A stretch of DNA of 64,000 nt, from positions 15,432-79,431 of IMG/VR virus record IMGVR_UViG_3300009705_003007; one strand, 5' to 3'. A program made the position numbers and the translations under genes. This DNA comes from a virus. Shown in pieces: positions 47,532 to 56,476 of the stretch. Position 1 is the first letter of the stretch; each line of letters starts with the position of its first letter. A model generated the notes under the pieces. It was not told where the DNA came from. It ran no database searches and saw nothing but the letters and a program-made list of their open reading frames with translations.

Positions 47532-48265
47532 CCCCATCCTCTCAAAAGTTCCATTAATGCCCTGTTGGTTTCATCTACTGTTAGAGATTCATTATCCATT
47601 ACGTGATCAAACCCCTCGTAGTCATTTAACGCTGTTTCACTCGCGTGTTGATCTTCGTGTGGAGATCTAGTTAGTCTTATAACTTTACCACCAGCCTTTT
47701 GTATTGCTTCTACTTCGTTTGGAAAACGAATGTCTGGTGCTATCGCTAGTTCTGTACGACTATCTAACATTCTATTGATACAACTATCAACCCAGATAGT
47801 ATCCTTGATTTTTCTACACACGTCAGTCCCAAAGTACTGGAGAAATTCCCTAGCTGTCATCGCCCCTTTATTAGATGACAGTGGTAGATCTTCCCAGTTA
47901 ATACCAATCGTTGTGTTTTTTTCTTTGTCAGTACCATAGCACTGAGATTCTGTTAGGCCAAACAGTTGCATTGAAATAATCTTTAAAGGATCCGCAAAAC
48001 TAAAAGCCCTCACGTAAGGCCAGATTGATCTAGATGCGTATTCCATAAAGTCTTCGTCTTTTCTATCAATATCTAATACACCAAGTCCCTCAACTTCTTT
48101 TCCGTTTTCGTCAAGCTGAACCGCATTTACTATAAGATTGCTTTCTTCGTCCATCAGAAACTTTTCAACCACATCATTTAACCTTAATTGGTATCCATGT
48201 AAAAATCTACAACAGGTAGTTTTTCCACTTTGTTTAACTCCAGAGAAGCCTAAGATATTTGTCAT
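47507..48265 (-). CDS. Deoxynucleoside monophosphate kinase
   Basis: GVKQSGKTT, SFADPLK, REFLQYFGTDVCR, DIRFPNE, HASE. Confidence 0.85.
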   Translation of the reverse strand: MTNILGFSGVKQSGKTTCCRFLHGYQLRLNDVVEKFLMDEESNLIVNAVQLDENGKEVEGLGVLDIDRKDEDFMEYASRSIWPYVRAFSFADPLKIISMQLFGLTESQCYGTDKEKNTTIGINWEDLPLSSNKGAMTAREFLQYFGTDVCRKIKDTIWVDSCINRMLDSRTELAIAPDIRFPNEVEAIQKAGGKVIRLTRSPHEDQHASETALNDYEGFDHVMDNESLTVDETNRALMELLRGWGWLQTKGS

Positions 48266-49320
48266 TATATGTATTCCTTTAATTGCGGTTTGATTTCTTG
48301 GTTTATTTGTTCAATAGACATTTCACCTACATCTTTTGCGGAGAGTTCTATTTCGACGATGTTAAATGTTCTTTCGCATTTTTTACGTATGGAGCCTCTA
48401 GCTTTTTCTCCCGCTTCGTCGCTGTCTGTTAAAAGTACCAACGTGAAAGCTCCAGAGGTTTCTAAAATTCTTATTTGTGTGTCTGTGAGACTAGACCCAA
48501 ACATCCCAACTACATTCTTTACGCCAGCCTCCCAAAGCCTCCAGACATCACCCTGTCCTTCAACTAGAACTGCGGTTCTTTTTTCACGGATCTTATCTTG
48601 AGATAACCAATATCCATAAAGCCAAGCTCCAGCATAAAAGTTCTTTGAATTAACCCACTTCCTTCCATTGTAGTTCTCGTGCATTACTCTGCCTACACAA
48701 CCCACCATGCGTTCAAAGTCGTCATCATAAACAGGAGCAACAACTCTATTTCGCATTTGCTTAGTTGGGTCTAAACATACCCCTACGTCAAATTCATCTA
48801 AAACCTCTTTTGAATATCCCCTGTCTATGTAGTATTCGGCTGGCCTTTTTAGGGAGGTTCTAACTTTGTTTCTTTCAACGCCGTTGGCTTTGTTTTTTTC
48901 TCGTTTTTGTAAAGCTTTTTCAAACTTAGAAAATGTATCAAAATTCACGTTTTCGGATTCTTTGTTTAAATCTTCAGAATTAGTTTCAACTAGACTCATG
49001 CAATATTCAATCGTTTCATCAAATGTGATTTCTCTGTCCTCTATATCTGACAGTAAAAGTCTAATCAGTCCAACTGGAGTATTGACATTATCTTCTTCAC
49101 ACCCCTGTGTCCAACATTTCCATAAACCGAAGTAGGAATGTTCTGAATCTATATTCATAGTAAAAGCGTTTGGGTTGTCGCCTTTGTGTACTGGACAGGT
49201 GCAAGAAATGTAATCTTCAAAATTATTTACTTCAACACCGAACTGCTCAAGTATAGGTATTATATTTTGAGCAATCTTGTCTGATAGTTTCTTTATCTCT
49301 TTTGTTGAAAGTTTGTTCAA
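48265..49320 (-). CDS. dnaG: DNA primase (Zn finger plus Toprim)
   Basis: CPVH...CWTQGC; LVEGQGD; DSDEAG. Confidence 0.85.
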   Translation of the reverse strand: MNKLSTKEIKKLSDKIAQNIIPILEQFGVEVNNFEDYISCTCPVHKGDNPNAFTMNIDSEHSYFGLWKCWTQGCEEDNVNTPVGLIRLLLSDIEDREITFDETIEYCMSLVETNSEDLNKESENVNFDTFSKFEKALQKREKNKANGVERNKVRTSLKRPAEYYIDRGYSKEVLDEFDVGVCLDPTKQMRNRVVAPVYDDDFERMVGCVGRVMHENYNGRKWVNSKNFYAGAWLYGYWLSQDKIREKRTAVLVEGQGDVWRLWEAGVKNVVGMFGSSLTDTQIRILETSGAFTLVLLTDSDEAGEKARGSIRKKCERTFNIVEIELSAKDVGEMSIEQINQEIKPQLKEYI

Positions 49321-50810
49321 AACGGTTTCTCCGGATCTATCTCTTCTTCTACAGTAAAGCCTTCTTCGTTGTTGTTTACGTCATTATCAAAGCCTTCTTT
49401 TTTTTGCTTGCTGGCCAAAACGTATTCAGATTTAGTAAAGCCTTCGTCTATACGTCCGTACTCACCCTTCATATTCATGTTGATATAATCAAACTCATTG
49501 GCTAGCCCACCACCATGACGGGACAAAATAGGTACTAATTTTCTGTTTCCGCTTTCCCCTTTGTCTTCCGCTATTTCTTCGTCCGATTTTAATTTAAAGA
49601 TGGTAAAACTACTACAAAGCCAAATCAAGCGATCAGAACCACTAACGGCATCACTCGATTCTTTTGTGATACCATCTCTATTTAATTGAACAAAGCTAAG
49701 ACAGGGTACATCATACTGAACAACAAAGTTGTGTAATTCAGTAATCTGAAAACCAAGAACCTGATATTCTTGCATTGATGAACTAATGCCCTCTGATCCC
49801 ATTAGCTTGAGGTAGTCGTAAATTATCATACAGGGATTAGTTCTACCGTTCTCATCAAAACCAACCGTCTTAACAATCCACCTTCTCATAATTGAAAGGG
49901 TTTCTTCAAATGATTTTCCTGCAATGGTAATATACTCATACGGAATACTTTTAAGTTGTTCCGCTGCTTGCGTAACACGTTCCGTTCCACCTGTAGATTT
50001 CGAGAAACCTCCAGTAGAGATTTCATTAATTTCAATATCGCTTAAGTTTGCCAAAAGGCGATTGACATGATCTTCCTTGGACATTTCTGTATCAAGAACG
50101 AGAACTGGTATTTTGAGCTTACTTGCAATATGCAAGGCTACATTGTCAGCAAACATACTTTTGCCAACTTTGGGTCTAGCCGCAATAAGGTCTACACATT
50201 TTCTTCTAAAGCCGCCACCGATTGACTTGTCGAATCTAGGAAAACCACTGCTTATGCCAAGCATTTCTGATGGGTTCTCTATTAGATCCTTTATGTATTC
50301 TTCTATATCTTCACTAATGACTACTGGCTTATCTTCAATCTTGTTATTTAATGAAGAGGACAAATCAAAGAATGGTTTTTCTCCAATGCTAATGATCTGA
50401 TCAACGGTTTCGTCTCCGGTGATTTCTCCAATGTCGGATATAACACGCTTGGCTGTTCGTTTAACTTCTCTGCCTATCTCTAGCTTCTTAAGCTTGATTG
50501 CATGATGTCTCACGTTTCCAATAGCGATATCCAGATTCATTACTGCCCTAATACGTTCAGGCGGTATTCTGTTTTCAAAAGCTACGTCTAGACCGAGATC
50601 TTTAGCAGCGCTCAGTATTGATGGAAAATCTACTTCATCGTTGTTCTCAAATATCTTAACGAGACAAGAATAAAGTATCTGATTTTCTTCTAAGGTAAAA
50701 ACGTTAACATTTATGATATCGTCAACATCAATGAACGCTTCTGATCCATGTCTCATCAAACCCGCTATTACAGCACGTTCGGAAGCTATATTGTCAATTT
50801 GATTTTCCAT
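49317..50810 (-). CDS. dnaB: Replicative DNA helicase DnaB-like
   Basis: AARPKVGKS, DTEM, DYLKL, QLNR, SRHG. Confidence 0.9.
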   Translation of the reverse strand: MENQIDNIASERAVIAGLMRHGSEAFIDVDDIINVNVFTLEENQILYSCLVKIFENNDEVDFPSILSAAKDLGLDVAFENRIPPERIRAVMNLDIAIGNVRHHAIKLKKLEIGREVKRTAKRVISDIGEITGDETVDQIISIGEKPFFDLSSSLNNKIEDKPVVISEDIEEYIKDLIENPSEMLGISSGFPRFDKSIGGGFRRKCVDLIAARPKVGKSMFADNVALHIASKLKIPVLVLDTEMSKEDHVNRLLANLSDIEINEISTGGFSKSTGGTERVTQAAEQLKSIPYEYITIAGKSFEETLSIMRRWIVKTVGFDENGRTNPCMIIYDYLKLMGSEGISSSMQEYQVLGFQITELHNFVVQYDVPCLSFVQLNRDGITKESSDAVSGSDRLIWLCSSFTIFKLKSDEEIAEDKGESGNRKLVPILSRHGGGLANEFDYINMNMKGEYGRIDEGFTKSEYVLASKQKKEGFDNDVNNNEEGFTVEEEIDPEKPF

Positions 50811-51241
50811 CAACCAACACACTTCCCACAGCGATGAAACTGTCCAACTTTGTATTTTTTATTAATCTGTTCGGTAGTACCGCAAACATGACAGACTACT
50901 TCAACTAGGTTTGCCGGAGGTCTTCTTTCTGTTAAAGTAACCTCTGGTGTTTTAAGTTCTGGGTCTTCTGAAACCAACGCTTCTGTACCATCGTCAACAA
51001 ATTGATTCTTTTTAGCTTTGACTGGTTCTCGTTTGCTTTCGTCAGGCTCTTCCGTTGTCGAAAAATCTAAGTCTTTCGACCGCATCTGCATTGGTGACTG
51101 CACGGCTTTTTCTGTGCTTGGCTCTTCTGGCTTTCCTTCTTCTGGTCTGATTTCTTCTCCCGTGAGAAGCTTAAAGCCTTGAGTAACTTGCTCCATATCA
51201 TTGCTAAGAATTCCTTTTCTAATTTTATCTATAGGACTCAT
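50810..51241 (-). CDS. Hypothetical protein with C-terminal Zn ribbon
   Basis: CHVC...CGKC. Confidence 0.6.
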   Translation of the reverse strand: MSPIDKIRKGILSNDMEQVTQGFKLLTGEEIRPEEGKPEEPSTEKAVQSPMQMRSKDLDFSTTEEPDESKREPVKAKKNQFVDDGTEALVSEDPELKTPEVTLTERRPPANLVEVVCHVCGTTEQINKKYKVGQFHRCGKCVG

Positions 51242-51716
51242 TCTTCTTTCTCCTGCTAAGTTCTAATAATGTGTCAGCTTGTCTTCTAATATCCCGCACT
51301 GTATCGAAAAGCAAAGTTGATCGACCTTCTGCAATTCTTTTAACTCTCCAAACCTTTTGAACAAAGTCATCTTCTCTTATCACAGAGTTTACTTTGACTT
51401 CCCATTTTGTATACTTGTCAAAATTATCAGCCTGTTTAGCCACTGCGTAATTAATGAGTTCTTCACACCATTTTGTGCGAACTAGATGCTTGTTGTATAT
51501 TTTTTGTAGAAAGTTACAATACCCCTGCAAACAAAAAGCCTTTTCGCAGCATTCTTCGCCGGTCAGGGATTTTAATTCAAACCCAGTGAGGTTAATTGTT
51601 TTTTCAATATCGGGGTTAGATTTTACATCTATAACGCCCTCGTTAGAAATATAATTTTCTAAGTCTTGGATGAAATTATCCAATTTATCGATTGATAATT
51701 CTTTGTCTCCACTCAT
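51225..51716 (-). CDS. Helical hypothetical protein (possible UvsY-like recombination mediator)
   Basis: All-helical, ~160 aa, located between recA and the helicase. The function is a guess from size and context. Confidence 0.35.
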   Translation of the reverse strand: MSGDKELSIDKLDNFIQDLENYISNEGVIDVKSNPDIEKTINLTGFELKSLTGEECCEKAFCLQGYCNFLQKIYNKHLVRTKWCEELINYAVAKQADNFDKYTKWEVKVNSVIREDDFVQKVWRVKRIAEGRSTLLFDTVRDIRRQADTLLELSRRKKNESYR

Positions 51717-52107
51717 CTTCTGTTTCCGAATAGCTTAATGTGATAAGGTCGATAGAGTTTATTTCAAGCCAGCGAGCTTTATCCCTGTCTCTCGCTTTGG
51801 ATTTTCTAAAACCTCTAGTGTCACCATGAAAATGAGCGACAAACTCGAAGTGTTGCCGCCCGTGAACTTCAACCGCCAAAGAGCTTGACGGTATCAAGAA
51901 GTCAACAAACAAAGTCGATTTTCTTGATGGCTTGTGTGAACCGGGAAGAGGAACTTCCTCAAGAATTGTATCATATTGAAATTCTTCATGCAAGAGTTTT
52001 CTTGCAAGAATATGTAATTTACTTCGAGGTCTTTGCTGGTCGCCAGAAACTATACATTTTGACAGTTTCCATGATCGTTCTCGGCCATCAAAACCAAAGG
52101 CTTTCAA
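51685..52107 (-). CDS. Vsr/DUF559-like endonuclease
   Basis: FVDFLIP...AVEVHGRQH...RDRDK. Probable TTG start overlapping the recA stop. Confidence 0.7.
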   Translation of the reverse strand: MKAFGFDGRERSWKLSKCIVSGDQQRPRSKLHILARKLLHEEFQYDTILEEVPLPGSHKPSRKSTLFVDFLIPSSSLAVEVHGRQHFEFVAHFHGDTRGFRKSKARDRDKARWLEINSIDLITLSYSETEDEWRQRIINR

Positions 52108-53171
52108 GATAGCAGTACCTTTAATGAATTTTGCAAAGCCGGCCAAAGGTCATTGTTGGTTAAGAAATCTCTGAGCTTTTGCTGCCCTTGAAATTTAACA
52201 AATTTGATAATTTTTTCTTCATCTTCTATATCTATTTTGGCTTCCTCAAGAATCTTCTTTATCAGTTTTGGTTCGTCCACAAGAAAATCGCAAGTGTACC
52301 AAGCTCCAGCGGCAGAGATTAAATCGAAATCATTCGCTTGATCAAACAGCTCTTGTTTAAAATCAATCCCCGTTCCATAACGAAGCCAACCAGTAGCTTC
52401 CCCACCAGTGAAACCTCCTAACGCCGAAGTAACAATTTTCCAATGAAGGACTTGTCCAATTTGACGACCTTCGTTTTTTTCTTTCCACGGTTGAATCCAA
52501 GCTATTTCGAGAATGGTGTCTGCTTGATAACGAACTTTAACACCTCCATCAGCAACCTTCTTTTTCCCCATTCCTCCAGTGTTAGCAATGAAGTGCGTAA
52601 TCATGATGATGATAGCTTTTTGTTTAGGAACTACGCTACTCATCTTCTTACAAAAGTTAGATAGGATTCGTGGAACGCCGGGTCTATAATCCCCTCGGAC
52701 TTCTTCGTCTAAATCTCGTTGTGCTATTAAGCTAGATATTGAGTCAATAATAACTACACAATTAGGATGAGATTTTACTAACTTTTCCACTGCCCCAAGA
52801 TATTGTTCAGCACTTAGTGTTTCGTTTTCAGATTGAACAACGGTGATTTTGTCTGCTTGTAATCCTTCAACACCCTCAAAATTTTTGGTGCTTAATCTAC
52901 CCTCTACATTAATATAGAAAATAGGACGACTTCCATATTCTTTTTTTTGACAGGTTGCGGCAAACTGCAAGGCTAATGTAGTCTTTCCACTTTTGGGATC
53001 TCCAATCATTTGAATCCAAGTTCCTTCTCTAAATCCTCCACCAAGAGAGTAATCTAAAGCAGGACTTACAGGAATGCTTTGCATGTCTTTTAAGTCTTGA
53101 AATACCTCTGCTCCGTTTACAAGTATGTTTCCATATTTTTTTGTTACGGTTTTTAATGCTGCGTCATTCAT
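52104..53171 (-). CDS. recA: RecA/UvsX-like recombinase
   Basis: SPALDYSLGGG, GDPKSGKTT, IIDSISSL, GTGID, GAWY. Confidence 0.9.
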   Translation of the reverse strand: MNDAALKTVTKKYGNILVNGAEVFQDLKDMQSIPVSPALDYSLGGGFREGTWIQMIGDPKSGKTTLALQFAATCQKKEYGSRPIFYINVEGRLSTKNFEGVEGLQADKITVVQSENETLSAEQYLGAVEKLVKSHPNCVVIIDSISSLIAQRDLDEEVRGDYRPGVPRILSNFCKKMSSVVPKQKAIIIMITHFIANTGGMGKKKVADGGVKVRYQADTILEIAWIQPWKEKNEGRQIGQVLHWKIVTSALGGFTGGEATGWLRYGTGIDFKQELFDQANDFDLISAAGAWYTCDFLVDEPKLIKKILEEAKIDIEDEEKIIKFVKFQGQQKLRDFLTNNDLWPALQNSLKVLLS

Positions 53172-53589
53172 TGTCTAGATTCCTTAATTCAGATAACCTG
53201 CTCTGTTTTCCATACGGTTTGTTTGGAATAGCGAGACTATTGTCTTTATATTCTATTTCCTTGATTTCTTTTTCTTCTATTCTTTCTAACTTTGTTTGTT
53301 CTTTTTTTATCAGGTCTTCTAGAAATGTTACCCTGAGAGAATAGATTGTTTTACCTTTATAAGAAGTCAATGCATTTATGATTGCTTTCTCGTGGTATTT
53401 TTTTAAGAGTACGTACGCCTTAGTGACTTGGCTTTGAAATTTCTTTTTCCATTTGTCCGTATTCCACAGGGCGTAAGCTGGTCTACCAACGTTTTCTTTT
53501 TCAGCCTCTCTTAAACAAACCATTTCGGCAATGTACTGGGCTGCGTTACAGGGTTGCCCCGTCGTTTTGTGGGTGTAGCCTTTGTTCAT
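53164..53589 (-). CDS. Hypothetical protein
   Basis: ORF tiling within the operon; start chosen at MNKGY. Confidence 0.6.
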   Translation of the reverse strand: MNKGYTHKTTGQPCNAAQYIAEMVCLREAEKENVGRPAYALWNTDKWKKKFQSQVTKAYVLLKKYHEKAIINALTSYKGKTIYSLRVTFLEDLIKKEQTKLERIEEKEIKEIEYKDNSLAIPNKPYGKQSRLSELRNLDNE

Positions 53590-54028
53590 CCAATATTCCT
53601 TTTTTAGCAATAATACATTCTGGAAGTTCGTAAGGGTCTCTTTCCTCAACTTCTTCCGCAATCAATTCGGGAAGTCTCCATCTTCTTACAGATAGTTTCT
53701 CTCCTTCTAAAAAACCCAACATAAATGAATGCTGAGTCATGTCTCCAAACATTAAAGCTCCAGCGCTTTTGCAAAAGAAGTAGCCGTCATAATCAGACCC
53801 TATATCTTCTACGTGTGATTTGTTTCTTACTTTCATATTTACAATGTGTAAACTATTAACTTCACAATATTTTTTAAGTCTAATCCACGCGCTTGGAGGT
53901 TCTACGTTTGGTCTACCATCATCTTGATAGATAGTCTCTCCATTAGAAAGCGTCGCTATCCACAAGGGGTTAGTGTCTGCATACACGTTTATGTATGTGT
54001 CAAATTCTTTAGATAGAAAGATGTTCAT
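53546..54028 (-). CDS. Hypothetical protein
   Basis: ORF tiling; ATGA overlap with the upstream gene. Confidence 0.6.
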   Translation of the reverse strand: MNIFLSKEFDTYINVYADTNPLWIATLSNGETIYQDDGRPNVEPPSAWIRLKKYCEVNSLHIVNMKVRNKSHVEDIGSDYDGYFFCKSAGALMFGDMTQHSFMLGFLEGEKLSVRRWRLPELIAEEVEERDPYELPECIIAKKGILDEQRLHPQNDGATL

Positions 54029-54354
54029 TTTTTCTTGATTATATGAATGGCATTCTTATGTCTTTGGTTGATTTTGACTCTACTAGGTCTAGTTGCGTCA
54101 GCAACTTCTGACGCTGCGGATGTCATAATTGTTACACCTCGACCTTCTTTGTGACCCATTAAATCTCCAATATCAGACCCTTCGTCTTGAGCCGCATCTT
54201 CTTCTTTGTTGGTGTCTGCTACAGTATGCTTTTTAACAAAAGCTACAGACCTGTTAAGATCTTTTGCAACATCTTCTAAGCTGTCGTTTGAATTGTTTTC
54301 GATATAAAACTTTTCCACCTTGGTTATTTTTCCTGTTTTTTTAGACATCGACAT
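54025..54354 (-). CDS. Hypothetical protein with possible N-terminal HTH
   Basis: SLEDVAKDLNRSVAFVKK. Confidence 0.5.
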   Translation of the reverse strand: MSMSKKTGKITKVEKFYIENNSNDSLEDVAKDLNRSVAFVKKHTVADTNKEEDAAQDEGSDIGDLMGHKEGRGVTIMTSAASEVADATRPSRVKINQRHKNAIHIIKKK

Positions 54355-54661
54355 TACTCCTTTCAGCCCACGTAAGACTGTTTCTTTGTTTGGTTTTTAG
54401 ATAGTCTACATAGAAATCAAATGTTTCTTTTTCGACTTTGGAAAATTTAATAAGTACGGTGTTTATTTTTTGGGAATCCATTCCTTCTGGATCAAATAAA
54501 GAACCCCTTAACGTCTTTATGTAGTATGTTTTCTTATCATTAACTATTGCGATATAAGCGCAAGAAACTTCTACATTTTCTGTAATGATATTGGCGTCTT
54601 TGTCGTAATAAGTATATTCTACCTTTTCGTAATCGACAAACTCAGAAATGTCTTCAGGCAT
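54341..54661 (-). CDS. Hypothetical protein
   Basis: ORF tiling within the operon. Confidence 0.6.
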   Translation of the reverse strand: MPEDISEFVDYEKVEYTYYDKDANIITENVEVSCAYIAIVNDKKTYYIKTLRGSLFDPEGMDSQKINTVLIKFSKVEKETFDFYVDYLKTKQRNSLTWAERSNVDV

Positions 54662-54965
54662 CTTTAATCTCCATTGTTAATCTAAAGAAGTTTTCTTCCT
54701 CTTCTTCTTCTTCCATTTCACCAATCATTAATCCTTCTGGAGGAGACTGAAAGTATTTACCGGCAAGTTCAGTAATCCAACTTTCTCCATCACAGAATGG
54801 ACATTCTACAATTAGCTTTTGTTGTTCTTCTGATTGACGAACACGAACAAGCTTTAAAAGAACACTGTCGCAGTCGGCACAATTTACGCTTACATCTTTT
54901 ATGTCTGCGACCTTGATTACTTCCTTCTTAGATTCTGATGTATTAAAATTAGGCTCTTCCATCAC
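54654..54965 (-). CDS. Zn-ribbon hypothetical protein
   Basis: CADC...CPFC. Confidence 0.6.
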   Translation of the reverse strand: MMEEPNFNTSESKKEVIKVADIKDVSVNCADCDSVLLKLVRVRQSEEQQKLIVECPFCDGESWITELAGKYFQSPPEGLMIGEMEEEEEEENFFRLTMEIKDA

Positions 54966-55318
54966 TTCTGTCCCTTTTTTATGTAATTTGCTTTTTGGGT
55001 CTTTGTCATCTTGCTGATTTCAACTTTAGTTGCGTCTCCAGATTTTTGCCACCATTCCTTTTTTTGTTTTACTTTTCCTTCTTCTTGATGGCGACGCTTA
55101 TCTTCAGTCTCGTAAGTTCCCATGTTTTTTGTATTGCTTTCGGCTAACTGACCTAAAGTAGTCGGTTCGCCTTTAACAAAGGCGCAGGGAGCTTGATTAA
55201 CTATAATCTCTACGTTGCCACCACTGCACTTTTCGCAAGGAGATGGCATGTCATTGAACCCATGAGATTGTTCAAATTCATGGCTACAGTCTTGGCATTG
55301 GTAATCGTAAGCTGGCAT
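54962..55318 (-). CDS. FmdB-family Zn-ribbon protein
   Basis: MPAYDYQCQDCSHEFE...CEKC. Confidence 0.8.
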   Translation of the reverse strand: MPAYDYQCQDCSHEFEQSHGFNDMPSPCEKCSGGNVEIIVNQAPCAFVKGEPTTLGQLAESNTKNMGTYETEDKRRHQEEGKVKQKKEWWQKSGDATKVEISKMTKTQKANYIKKGQK

Positions 55319-56001
55319 TAGTTATCGTGAAGCGCCTTTAAAATTCTAGAGATGATTTTATTTCTAATTATATCATCTTCTGTCAGTTCTGCAATACCAA
55401 CTCCATCGACTTCATCTAATCGGTATAGCAACTTATCAAGCCCTCCTTGTTCAACATGCGTCAAGTCTGTTTGATCCATATCTCCATTTATGACAGCTTT
55501 AGAATCCCAACCAATTCTGGTTATAAACATCTTTAGCTGTTCAAATGTAGCATTTTGAGCTTCATCTAATATCATAAAGCAATTATGGAAGTTTCGCCCT
55601 CTCATATATTCCAAAGGACATACTTCAATTTTTCCTTCATCTCTATACGCTTGAACCCTACTAGAGTTCAGTCTATATTCCATCTCTTCTAATACTGGAA
55701 TAAGGTAGGGATGTATCTTTTCTTCAAAGGTTCCGGGCAAAAAACCAAGACCTCTTCCTGATTCAATAACTGGTCTGGTAACTATGATTTTATCAACTCT
55801 TCCATCAAGCAAGTAGTCACAAGCAATACCTACTGAAACTGCTGTTTTTCCTGTGCCAGCAGGGCCAGTACAAAGAGTAACATCGTTGTCTTCTATTTCT
55901 CTTATGTATTCTTCTTGATTTTGAGTTTTAGCCTTTAATGACTGCCTTCTTTTTGGTGTTTGTTTTTGTGCTGATGTTGGTTTCGCTTTTCTTTTTGCCA
56001 T
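55318..56001 (-). CDS. phoH: PhoH family ATPase
   Basis: GPAGTGKT, LGFLPG, YMRGR, DEAQN, GDMDQTDL. Confidence 0.92.
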   Translation of the reverse strand: MAKRKAKPTSAQKQTPKRRQSLKAKTQNQEEYIREIEDNDVTLCTGPAGTGKTAVSVGIACDYLLDGRVDKIIVTRPVIESGRGLGFLPGTFEEKIHPYLIPVLEEMEYRLNSSRVQAYRDEGKIEVCPLEYMRGRNFHNCFMILDEAQNATFEQLKMFITRIGWDSKAVINGDMDQTDLTHVEQGGLDKLLYRLDEVDGVGIAELTEDDIIRNKIISRILKALHDN

Positions 56002-56003
56002 TT

Positions 56004-56462
56004 TTATTTACCTGTAGAACCAAAACCGCCAGAACCCCGTTCTGTTGAATCAAGCTCTTTTACTTCGTGAAGTCTAAAAATTGGGGTTTCCTGAATTAGC
56101 AACTGCGCAATCCTATCTCCGTTCTTAATTTTATAAACTCGTTCAGTTCCGTTATGCAGACAAACTTTAACCTCTCCTCTATAGCTAGAGTCAATAACGC
56201 CTGCGTGTCTATGTATACCCTTTACGCCCAGAGAAGACCTATCCCATATCAAGCCAACAAAATTCTTTGGAATAGACATCGCTATCCCTGTTGAGATTAA
56301 CTTTGTTTCTTCTGGCCAAACATCAATATCTTCATCGGCATATAAATCCCACCCAGCGTCGCTAGGATGCCCTTTGGTTGGAACTTGTGATGAATCAGTT
56401 AGCTTCTTAACTTCAAAATATTTGTACCCGACAATGCTTGCTTCTGCATTATGTACTGTCAT
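56004..56462 (-). CDS. dut: Trimeric dUTPase
   Basis: AGWDL, RSSLG, GVIDSSYRGE, RIAQL, RGSGGFGSTG. Confidence 0.93.
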   Translation of the reverse strand: MTVHNAEASIVGYKYFEVKKLTDSSQVPTKGHPSDAGWDLYADEDIDVWPEETKLISTGIAMSIPKNFVGLIWDRSSLGVKGIHRHAGVIDSSYRGEVKVCLHNGTERVYKIKNGDRIAQLLIQETPIFRLHEVKELDSTERGSGGFGSTGK

Positions 56463-56476
56463 CTTAAACTCCTTAG

